Positions 1 to 9,017 of a DNA stretch of 53,700 nucleotides are shown piece by piece. Numbering within the stretch: the first letter of the stretch is position 1; the number at the start of each line of letters is the position of its first letter. The DNA is from a virus (taxonomy: Duplodnaviria > Caudoviricetes): IMG/VR virus record IMGVR_UViG_3300027779_000038, positions 1 through 53,700 of that record. One strand, given 5' to 3'. The position numbers and the translations under genes were made by a program. The notes under the pieces were generated by a model that worked only from the letters and a program-made list of their open reading frames with translations, made no database searches and was not told the DNA's origin.

Positions 1-2
1 TA

Positions 3-551
3 CCCGGTACTAAGCTTTTAAAAGGAGCAGGTAAACTTATTAAATCAGGTATGAAAGCTTTTTCTAAAACAAAAAGACCTAAACTTGCATCCATAGAAGC
101 TATTGATGGGACATTTAAACCAGGTAGTGTAAATTACGATGCAGGAAAAACTTTTAAAAGAAGAAACGAAAAAGTATTTAAGGAGTTAAGTAGTATGAAT
201 CCAGGTCCAGATGATCTACATATGAATTTGCGAAGTAAAATAAAAACAAGATCAACAAAAACAGATCCAAATTATGGCCTCCCATTAAGTGAGGTTAATT
301 TGAAGCAAAAAATTGTACCGCCTAAAACTAATCCTGCGTTTAACACTAAGATAACATCTAAAAAAGATCCTAGGTATTATAAACCAGATAGAAAATTCAG
401 TGATAGAGGAGACGGATCTCTACGCGTTGATCCTATATCTAAAAAGTCTACAGTACCAAAAGAAACTAAATATACATCTATAGATAAGGGTCCAACAAAC
501 CGAAAAAATTACTTTAACTCCCCTGATAAGCCTATAAAAAAAAAAACTTAG
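3..551 (+). CDS. Lys/Pro-rich hypothetical protein, 5'-truncated by the window; N-terminal part of a gene interrupted at an A11 run
   Basis: The frame of ORF 51..551 is open back to base 3 (PGTKLLKGAGKLIKSGM...). It stops 2 nt after the A11 homopolymer at 536-546. Confidence 0.6.
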   Translation, partial: PGTKLLKGAGKLIKSGMKAFSKTKRPKLASIEAIDGTFKPGSVNYDAGKTFKRRNEKVFKELSSMNPGPDDLHMNLRSKIKTRSTKTDPNYGLPLSEVNLKQKIVPPKTNPAFNTKITSKKDPRYYKPDRKFSDRGDGSLRVDPISKKSTVPKETKYTSIDKGPTNRKNYFNSPDKPIKKKT

Positions 552-1063
552 ATCCTAGAGGAGAAAACAATTTTTATAAACATTTTGGAGAAACAAATAA
601 TCCATCAAACCCTGGCCAAACAATTGATAATATAACTAACATAACAAGAAGTAAAGCACAACTTATAGATGGCCAAGATTTAAGTAAGGCAACTTTTACA
701 CCTTTTTCTACCAATACAGAACGCATGGGTGTTAGTGTAAAATTTGGAAATAAAGTGGAACAAAATTATTATCTATCTAGTAGTTTAGGGAATAAAAAAT
801 TTACACAAGGTCGCTTAAAAGGGCAAGACACTTTTAATAAATGGATAGCTTTTGAAGGTAAAGCAGATTATGGAAATCCTAAAAGTAAAAATTATATCAA
901 AGATTGGTTTGTTAAAGACCAAGATTTTGAAACTGGTTATGGTAGTGAGATGAATGATTATATGTTGGATAACTTAGATAAACATATAAAACCTGATATT
1001 GCTAAAGCAGCAACCGAATCAGTTAGAGCATTTAGAAATAAATATATGAAATTTAAAAAATAA
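530..1063 (+). CDS. C-terminal continuation of the preceding gene in the -1 frame (includes ORF 725..1063)
   Basis: The frame opens right after TAA at 527-529 and is stop-free from the A11 run to 1063 (KNLDPRGENNFYKHFGE...ERMGVSVKF...KFKK). Confidence 0.6.
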   Translation, partial: AYKKKNLDPRGENNFYKHFGETNNPSNPGQTIDNITNITRSKAQLIDGQDLSKATFTPFSTNTERMGVSVKFGNKVEQNYYLSSSLGNKKFTQGRLKGQDTFNKWIAFEGKADYGNPKSKNYIKDWFVKDQDFETGYGSEMNDYMLDNLDKHIKPDIAKAATESVRAFRNKYMKFKK

Positions 1064-1167
1064 TGGCAATAGATGTAAGAATAGGTACAATAACACCATC
1101 GGCATTTGCAGTTGGAGCAACGGCAATTGGACAAGTATATTTAGGTTTAATACAAGTCTACCCATAA
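1063..1167 (+). CDS. 34-aa tail-fibre-associated small protein (MAIDVRIGTITPSAFAVGATAIGQVYLGLIQVYP)
   Basis: Not in the ORF track. TAATG coupling to the upstream stop and abutting the next ATG. The C-terminal VYLG..QVYP motif is typical of phage fibre adaptor peptides. Confidence 0.7.
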   Translation: MAIDVRIGTITPSAFAVGATAIGQVYLGLIQVYP

Positions 1168-4100
1168 ATGCCACAGTCGTTTAAATACCCACAAAGTATA
1201 CTTTTATTAAGTGACTACATAATCGGTAGCGACAGTTCCCAAGAAAATGTAACCCAAAACTTTAAAGTTAATGAGGTTGTAGCAACAATGCTACATGCTC
1301 TTGGCATAGGTACTGTTAAATCAATATCAACTGCATCATCGGATTTTATAGACACAACGGGTGGAATAATAACTAATCAAGGTACAATATCAATGGCTCT
1401 TTCTGCCACTGGACTGGGGGCAACCACAGCTATTAAAGAAACACAATATTTAAGAGGCGATGGCACCTGGGATATAACCGGAGCAGTAGCCGCATCTACA
1501 TTAAAAATACAATTTAATGGGCTAACACTAACAGATAACGTTAGTTCCATAAACTTTACTGGTAATTCCGACGCTACGGCGGCTGATTTTAACGTAGCAG
1601 TAGACATGCCGGGTGTACAAGATACATTAGATAGCGTTGTAGCAGGAACAGCAATATCTATAAACCCAACAACTGGCACAGGGGTTGTACAAATTGCAAA
1701 TAATGGAGCTATCTTGGCAAAAGCCGGTGGTTTTATTACGCTCAGTGGTGGAACAGGGGCAGTAACAGTAAATACAACTAAAAATGCAGGTACAGTAACG
1801 CTAGTAAACCAAGGTATAGGTATAGATTTAATAACTAATAACACATCAAATGCCGGTATATCTGTAGATTACACAGGAATTAACAATTACATAGATGTAA
1901 GTGAGGTAATTGTACCAATAACAGAGGTAGATGTTGTTATATACAACCAAATATCGTCATCTAATGTAAAAACAACAAGAATTGGTGTTATTGATCAATC
2001 AGATCTTGTTTTAACAAAAAAAGATATAGATGATAATGATGCTGGCTCTATAAAAAACTCAACTGACAATAATTATGAAGTTTCTAGAACAAAAAACATG
2101 GTATCTTGTACTAGTGCTGAATATAATCAATTAGTTGTTGCAGGTACCACCGATCAAAACACTTTATATTTTGTAGTTAGTTCAGGTCCAGCCCCTGAGT
2201 TCACCGTTATTCCTAGTATTGTAAACAATGCGGGTGGTGTATTGGGTCAAGACTATAACTTAATTGTTTCGCCAAGCTCTGTTACCAATATAGTAGGTAC
2301 AGAATATACTTTTACTGTCACATTAGTTCTTATTGGATCTTTTCCTCGGGGAACATTTTCAGGTGAAAACCCTCAATCATTTACAGATGTAATTGTTGGT
2401 AACCTGGGTAGTACATATGAAAAATCACTAGTTTTTAATGGCACATATACACCTCCTGCCTTACCTGTATATATATCAAAATTATCTATAAGTCTACTGG
2501 GTTCTATAAGTGCTAACCAACACAGTGATTGGCAATTTAAAGCCGCGCCCAATTCTCAACCTGGAGACGAATCCAATAATGGGATAGCTACAAACACTGG
2601 GGATTTTTTTTATAATCCTATTGTAGAATTAATAAATACAAATAAACACAAATTTGTTACTGGAGAGCCTAAATACCAAACCGAATATGATCCTATAGCC
2701 ATAGCCGACGAAAGCATTACTCCAACACTTGTTTCAGAACCTGATTATACAAGTTTAGGTAATTTTACAGGATCAAGAATTACTCAAGAGGCACAAGGCC
2801 GGCAATGGTTTACTGGTATATTTATGGATCAAAATCAAACAATACAAGCTGATTATTATCTTATACAGTATTCTGCAGCATTAACTGTAGATGTAAGTAA
2901 TGTAACTATAAGTGGTGCTGGTCATGGAACACCTCAATATGATTGGAGTATAATTTCTAGTCCTGTTACAAATAACCAAGAGGCAGTAATAAATCAAAAT
3001 GGTGGAATAATAGCAGAAGCTATTACAAACTTAAATGATGGAAGCGAATTTTCATGGATTGACCCAGCTGAACCTAACCTTGATCCAGGATATAGTTGGG
3101 GTAGCACTCCTACTTATGTATTTAATCCTACTGGACCCCAAACAATAAGTGGTGGAAATAATGGTTCTGCTACTTTAACCATAACAGGTGCCATAATATT
3201 TACACCACCAGTTGCTGGTCAAATTACTTTTACTCTTGATTCTGATGCTGTCCAGTATTCGAATGGTGCTAACTCAAGCGATTGGTCAGTTTGTCCTTCT
3301 AACAATTCAAGTAGTGGACAAGCTGCTAAATTTGCCGCATATCAAGTAGGTCCAACAGGTCTTCCTTGTAATCTATCTCCTCTAGCTCCGGGCCCCTACA
3401 TTAATACGCGTCATTACCAGTATACGTGGAGTAGTGGACCTACTTTAACTATGTTAGCAGGAGATCCTCCTTTTATGGCAAGAACTGAAGCTCAAGGAGG
3501 TATGCCTTATGGTGACTACCCCACTATTCATTATGCTGAGTATAAATTAACAGGTACTTTAGTTGGGCCACCTACAATTAGTTTTAATACAAATGTAGAA
3601 TTAGTTGCAAGTCCGATAGTTAACACCTACCATAGTCCCGGCACATTTACACGAGTTGTAGCATACCAAGTAACGTACCAATGGGGAGACTCAATTGAAA
3701 ATCAATACAACGAAAATGTTGAGGTTACTAGCGTACCTGCAGAGGACGGACCTTCACAACTAACCAATTCTACGACTTATGATAATATGCCTACTTACAA
3801 CGAAAATCCTAACAAGGGTAAAGTTAAAGTATTGGTAAATAGAATTTCTGGAGGTACCTTAGGTGCAGCTTCAAATCTTGTTCCATTCGGCGGTAGGGTT
3901 GTTGTTGAGTTTTCTAGCAATAATGTTTTACTTGATACAGTTACAGTAGAGCAGGGGCAAAGTGTTTATGACTCGGCACAATATGCATACGATAATATAG
4001 TTGAAAATGTTAATCCAGCATACCCATTAATTCAAGTTAAAATAACAGAAACAATATTTACAGCAGGAAAATTAATAGCAACTTTACTACGATGTGGTAA

Positions 4101-4632
4101 TGCTAATATTCCACTTAAACCTGATGGTTCACCTGGAGAATTTAGTATAACATTTCAAGGTGGATTTATAAGTGAAACTTATAATTGGGATTACAGCCCA
4201 ACAGCAAATCCAGATAAACAATCATTCACTTTTATAGGACCATTTAGTTTAAGTGAAACTGGTATGATAACTGCAAAACCAAATATATCTAATGTTTCTA
4301 TTTCAGAACACCACGCAAGATGGTTTACGTTTAATATACAGAATAATACACGTACAATGCCTGGAACTGGACTTCCAACCCCTATTGAAACTATGTCGGC
4401 AAATTGTACTAGTAATTTTAACTCATGTTGGGAGGTTGCAGGTGATCCTAGATTCACATTAGATATATGCCAACCGATTTACGATACTCAACCTGAATTT
4501 ACTTGCAATGACCCTTCAAATGCAGGTGATGTCTACGAGGCAACTTTTGTGTGGAGGGATTGTGATACACAAACCGGTTGTGTTTGTGGGTCACTTGGTA
4601 ACAATGGTTCAGTAACTACTTGTGGGTGTTAA
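1168..4632 (+). CDS. Tail fibre / receptor-binding protein (1154 aa)
   Basis: T/G/S/N-rich. Contains YLRGDGTW and SAEYNQL...DQNTLYFV fibre motifs. First about 330 aa are paralogous to 4683..6251. Cys-rich variable C-terminus. Confidence 0.75.
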   Translation: MPQSFKYPQSILLLSDYIIGSDSSQENVTQNFKVNEVVATMLHALGIGTVKSISTASSDFIDTTGGIITNQGTISMALSATGLGATTAIKETQYLRGDGTWDITGAVAASTLKIQFNGLTLTDNVSSINFTGNSDATAADFNVAVDMPGVQDTLDSVVAGTAISINPTTGTGVVQIANNGAILAKAGGFITLSGGTGAVTVNTTKNAGTVTLVNQGIGIDLITNNTSNAGISVDYTGINNYIDVSEVIVPITEVDVVIYNQISSSNVKTTRIGVIDQSDLVLTKKDIDDNDAGSIKNSTDNNYEVSRTKNMVSCTSAEYNQLVVAGTTDQNTLYFVVSSGPAPEFTVIPSIVNNAGGVLGQDYNLIVSPSSVTNIVGTEYTFTVTLVLIGSFPRGTFSGENPQSFTDVIVGNLGSTYEKSLVFNGTYTPPALPVYISKLSISLLGSISANQHSDWQFKAAPNSQPGDESNNGIATNTGDFFYNPIVELINTNKHKFVTGEPKYQTEYDPIAIADESITPTLVSEPDYTSLGNFTGSRITQEAQGRQWFTGIFMDQNQTIQADYYLIQYSAALTVDVSNVTISGAGHGTPQYDWSIISSPVTNNQEAVINQNGGIIAEAITNLNDGSEFSWIDPAEPNLDPGYSWGSTPTYVFNPTGPQTISGGNNGSATLTITGAIIFTPPVAGQITFTLDSDAVQYSNGANSSDWSVCPSNNSSSGQAAKFAAYQVGPTGLPCNLSPLAPGPYINTRHYQYTWSSGPTLTMLAGDPPFMARTEAQGGMPYGDYPTIHYAEYKLTGTLVGPPTISFNTNVELVASPIVNTYHSPGTFTRVVAYQVTYQWGDSIENQYNENVEVTSVPAEDGPSQLTNSTTYDNMPTYNENPNKGKVKVLVNRISGGTLGAASNLVPFGGRVVVEFSSNNVLLDTVTVEQGQSVYDSAQYAYDNIVENVNPAYPLIQVKITETIFTAGKLIATLLRCGNANIPLKPDGSPGEFSITFQGGFISETYNWDYSPTANPDKQSFTFIGPFSLSETGMITAKPNISNVSISEHHARWFTFNIQNNTRTMPGTGLPTPIETMSANCTSNFNSCWEVAGDPRFTLDICQPIYDTQPEFTCNDPSNAGDVYEATFVWRDCDTQTGCVCGSLGNNGSVTTCGC

Positions 4633-4682
4633 TAGTAATTTTAGTATATAGATTAATAAAAATAACAATTTAAAAATAAATA

Positions 4683-6251
4683 ATGGCAATAATATATAGT
4701 TATCCAATAGACACAACACCAGAAACAGGTGATCTATTGATTGGAACTTCCATAGCTGATGGTAATGCCACCAAAAGTTATACAATAGCTAGTCTTGTAG
4801 GACTTACTAATACTCAGGGTGGTACAGGTACCGTGCAATCTGTATCTACCACAGATTCTACATTTATAACCATACAAGGAGGGCCAATAACTGGTGACGG
4901 TACATTGGTGGCTTTATTATCCGCAGCTGGTACACCATCTGAAACTACTTTTTTACGTGGTGATAATAAATGGATGCCAGCCACATCAACTGGAAGTGCT
5001 CAAATAACAGTATCTAATAAAGGTGACCAAATAACTTCAGATGTTGATTCAATCAATTTTACTGGTCTAGGTGTTACGGCTGAATTAACAACTGGTACTA
5101 ATGATGTTGTTGTAAATATTGAAGAAGCCACAAGTGCTGTTACATCTCTAGCACCAGTTATTCCAGGTATAGCTCTTAGTTCTACAGTTGGTAACGTAAC
5201 AATAACTAATACAGGTGTAACTTCTATAGTTGCGGGTGCAAATGTAACCATAGCATCTACAGGTGTTAGCGGAACAGGTACTGTAACTTTAAATGCAATA
5301 AATAATCCCGGTACAGTGCAAAGTGTAATAGCTGGTGATGGTTTACAGGTAACCGCTGGAACTAATACAGTTAACCCTAGTATTGGAGTTGAAACAACAG
5401 GTTCTAATAATTATATATTACGAAGTAAAGTTAATACCCCTATAATAAGTACAGATTTTATACCTTATAACCAAACATCTAGTAACAATATAAAAACAAC
5501 TACATTATCTACTATACCTATAACGGCACTTCCTTTAATAAAAACATATATAGATGCTGGTGATGCTGGCTCTATAAAAAACTCAACAGATACTTATACA
5601 TCAACAGCTGTAATAAATAACGTTGTTACAATACTAGCATCAACATACAATGCTGGTAGTTTTGTACCAAACCCTAACACTTTATATATATTAGATGCTG
5701 GGGCTGGAACAACACCAGTAACTGTTACACTGAATACTGTTAATGGTATATCCGGTGGAGTTGCTGGAACCGCATACGATATAACTGGAAATGTAACTGG
5801 AAATCAATTATCTGGTGTACCAGGAGAAGCATATACATTCACTTCTATAATAACACCAAAAGAAGATTTTTACTTTACAGTACCAGCTAGTGGTATGGTT
5901 GTACAAGGTGTATTTCCAGGAGCAAGTGCAACAGTAACTCAAAATTTAGGTGGAACAGTTGCAGCTGCACCAATCCCATCAATAACAGCTACACTTTTAG
6001 TTGTAGCAAATATACAAGGTGGACCAGCTGACGGTTCAGGATTTACAATAACTGGTAGTCAAACTAATGCAATAAGTGTTGCACCCGCAAATTCTGCATC
6101 ACTAGATGTTACAGGTTTATTTACAACAGGGTGCAGTGCAAATACCGGGTTTACTTTTCCTGTTGCACCTACAATTACACCACCTACAAATACAATAAAC
6201 GGATCACAAACAGTGGTAACAACAATAACAGGAACACTACAAGCAACTTAA
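4683..6251 (+). CDS. Tail fibre protein (522 aa)
   Basis: MAIIYSYP N-terminus shared with 6267..9014; FLRGDNKW; repeated VTSI.AG..I beta-repeats; PNPNTLYIL motif. Confidence 0.75.
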   Translation: MAIIYSYPIDTTPETGDLLIGTSIADGNATKSYTIASLVGLTNTQGGTGTVQSVSTTDSTFITIQGGPITGDGTLVALLSAAGTPSETTFLRGDNKWMPATSTGSAQITVSNKGDQITSDVDSINFTGLGVTAELTTGTNDVVVNIEEATSAVTSLAPVIPGIALSSTVGNVTITNTGVTSIVAGANVTIASTGVSGTGTVTLNAINNPGTVQSVIAGDGLQVTAGTNTVNPSIGVETTGSNNYILRSKVNTPIISTDFIPYNQTSSNNIKTTTLSTIPITALPLIKTYIDAGDAGSIKNSTDTYTSTAVINNVVTILASTYNAGSFVPNPNTLYILDAGAGTTPVTVTLNTVNGISGGVAGTAYDITGNVTGNQLSGVPGEAYTFTSIITPKEDFYFTVPASGMVVQGVFPGASATVTQNLGGTVAAAPIPSITATLLVVANIQGGPADGSGFTITGSQTNAISVAPANSASLDVTGLFTTGCSANTGFTFPVAPTITPPTNTINGSQTVVTTITGTLQAT

Positions 6252-6266
6252 TAGAAAAACAAAAAC

Positions 6267-9014
6267 ATGGCAATAATATATAGTTATCCATCAGAGACCA
6301 ATATACAATCATCAGATTTATTAGTAGGTACTTCAACTATAGTTCAAAATGGAATAAAAGAAAACGTAACAAGAAATTTTTCTGTAGGTAATCTTGCTGC
6401 TTATTTAAATACTATAATAACATCAGTAACTCAAATAACATTTACAGCTCCACTTACTGGTGGTACTATAACTAAAACAGGCACTGTTGGTATTACTGAG
6501 GCCAATGGTACAACAGATGGTTATTTAAGTGCTGTTGATTGGACTAGATTTGATAATAAAATGTCTGGTCAATCTGGTACACCTAATAGTATACCTGTTT
6601 TTAATACTCCACAAACTACAGTTGATTCATCTCTTACAGATATAACAGCAGGCGTATTTTCAGCCAAACCTTTTTCACCTTTAACAAATGCTACTTCAGA
6701 TTTAGGTATTACAAATACAAATTCTTGGAGAAATTTATTTTTATCAGGAACAGCTAACGCTGTAGATTTTACAGGTACAAATTTAAGTTTAACTGGAACA
6801 CTCAGTGCGAACGGTACGGTTGGTACTAATGGTTTTATATTACAATCACAGGGTGTTGGACAACCAGCTGTATGGATTGCTAATGCTGTTGGTGATATAA
6901 CAGAAATTGATACTACAACTACTGCTGCTTTAAACATAACAAATGGAGCTGGTCCAGGGACTGTTACGGTTGATGCTATAACTGGAACAATAACCGGTGC
7001 TGGTACCGGTGCATTAGCTACTAGTGCTGAAATAGTAACATATTTAGCTAATAATGTTGGTACTGTTACTGATGTAATATCAAATTCGCAACAGCAATTA
7101 ACAGTTACTCAATCTCAAACTACCCCAACACTTAACGTAATTACAGGAGCAATAACAGGCACTGGTACAACTGCACTAGCAACATCAGCTGAAGTAGTAA
7201 CATATGTTACAGGCCTAGGGTATGGTGTAGGTACACTTACTGGTGTTAATGGAACTACAAATAAAATAACAATTGATAATAGTACTCCGGCTGTACCAGT
7301 AATAAATGCTGATACAAGTGGAGGTGTTGCAGCAGGTTCAGCTACATTGGCAACTGGTGATCAAATACAAACAGCTATTTCTGATGCTTTGGTAGGATTT
7401 TTAGAGTTTAAAGGTGGATTTAGAGCCGATTCTGGTATTATTACTTCAGGTGTGAATGCAGGTTCGTTTTTATATAATTGTCCTGGAGGCGCGGGTACAA
7501 GAATAGCAATAGACATTGGAGATTTTTATATAGTAGAAACAGCTGGTGGTGATTTTTATTGTTCTGCTCAAGACACTCTAGCTATAGGTGATCAAATAGT
7601 ATGTTCTACCGCCGCGGCAGCTAACGCATCTTTAATTACCTCTTGGACACAAATACAACAAAATATAGGTGTAGCAACAGCTACAGCTCTTGGTATAGCT
7701 AATTTTCCAACAGCTGGAGGATTAACTATTGCTGCTGGTGCGGTATCAGCTGTAGGTTTTGCTAGTGTAGCAATTGCTGGTAATGCTGGTTATGTACCAG
7801 ATGCTACTGGCGCGGCTGCAAATACATTTTTATCAAAAAGTGGGACTTGGACAACCGGACCTACTGTTGGTATTACAAGTGTAGCAACAGGTAATGGACT
7901 TGTTGGTGGACCTATAGACGTTGCTAGTCCAACTGGTACAATATCTCCAGATTATACGGCTAATGCTAATAATATTATTTTAGCCGCACCAAACACAATA
8001 ACAACTGTTGAGAATAATGATTCTTTATTAATTAATGATGATTCTGGCGGAGGAGTTAAGGATGTTTCTCTTAGTTCTATAAAAACTTATATTGCTGCTG
8101 GTGGCGGTACAGTTACAAGCGTTGGTCTTGCTATGCCAGCAGCTTTTACTGTTACATCTGATACCTTTAATCCAATAGTTGGACTTGGTACATTTACCGT
8201 AACGGGTGCTGGATCAAATTCTGAAGTTATATTAGGTGATGGTACTTTAGGTAATCTTACAACAGGTACTGTTACTACAAATGGTACTCCTACTGCTAAT
8301 ACAATACCTGTATTTTCAAATAGTACTACAATTGGTGATTCAATGATAGCTCAAAATGGAGCTGGAACTACAGCAACAGTGACAGGAGCATTAACAGCAA
8401 CAGGTCTTATAACTGGTGCTAATTTAACTTCTCAGGGTACTTTAATAGCTGCAACTATAACTGATAGTCTTGGTAATACAGGTGGTGCTAATGAAGTGTT
8501 AACTGCTACAGCGAGTGGAGGTTCTTTAGAATGGGATACTGCTGCCGCAAGTTATACTAATTGGAATTTAGCTGGAGATAGCGGAACACCTATAGCTATA
8601 ACAGATAGTACAACTGCAAATATAAAAGGTAGTGCAGCTGCTAGTCCTGGTGGTGCTGGTATTGTGACTGTTGTTGGTGCAACTCCTGTAAAAGGTACTA
8701 TAACAATTTCTTTAGTTGGTCAAGCAACTGCAACTGCTACAAATTTTTACAGAGGTGATGGTACTTTTGCAGCTATACCATCTAGTGCAGCAACAAGAGT
8801 AGTAAATAGAACTACAGCTGGCGCATCAACAAATAGCCACGTGTGCGGAACAGTTAGTCAAACTAATACAGATTTTATTGATGTATATGTGACTGGGGTT
8901 TATCAAAACAAAGATTTATATACCGCCGCTGTTGCTAGTGGTGTAACCACAATAACACTAACAAGTGGAACTTATCCAAATGGAGCCATAATAGAATCTA
9001 TAACAACAACATAA
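6267..9014 (+). CDS. Tail fibre protein (915 aa)
   Basis: MAIIYSYP N-terminus; GYLSAVDWTRFDNK, GTVTSVGL and FYRGDGTF fibre motifs; internal repeat TG.ITG.GT.ALATSAE.VTY; C-terminal DVYVTGVYQ adaptor-like domain. Confidence 0.75.
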   Translation: MAIIYSYPSETNIQSSDLLVGTSTIVQNGIKENVTRNFSVGNLAAYLNTIITSVTQITFTAPLTGGTITKTGTVGITEANGTTDGYLSAVDWTRFDNKMSGQSGTPNSIPVFNTPQTTVDSSLTDITAGVFSAKPFSPLTNATSDLGITNTNSWRNLFLSGTANAVDFTGTNLSLTGTLSANGTVGTNGFILQSQGVGQPAVWIANAVGDITEIDTTTTAALNITNGAGPGTVTVDAITGTITGAGTGALATSAEIVTYLANNVGTVTDVISNSQQQLTVTQSQTTPTLNVITGAITGTGTTALATSAEVVTYVTGLGYGVGTLTGVNGTTNKITIDNSTPAVPVINADTSGGVAAGSATLATGDQIQTAISDALVGFLEFKGGFRADSGIITSGVNAGSFLYNCPGGAGTRIAIDIGDFYIVETAGGDFYCSAQDTLAIGDQIVCSTAAAANASLITSWTQIQQNIGVATATALGIANFPTAGGLTIAAGAVSAVGFASVAIAGNAGYVPDATGAAANTFLSKSGTWTTGPTVGITSVATGNGLVGGPIDVASPTGTISPDYTANANNIILAAPNTITTVENNDSLLINDDSGGGVKDVSLSSIKTYIAAGGGTVTSVGLAMPAAFTVTSDTFNPIVGLGTFTVTGAGSNSEVILGDGTLGNLTTGTVTTNGTPTANTIPVFSNSTTIGDSMIAQNGAGTTATVTGALTATGLITGANLTSQGTLIAATITDSLGNTGGANEVLTATASGGSLEWDTAAASYTNWNLAGDSGTPIAITDSTTANIKGSAAASPGGAGIVTVVGATPVKGTITISLVGQATATATNFYRGDGTFAAIPSSAATRVVNRTTAGASTNSHVCGTVSQTNTDFIDVYVTGVYQNKDLYTAAVASGVTTITLTSGTYPNGAIIESITTT

Positions 9015-9017
9015 AAT

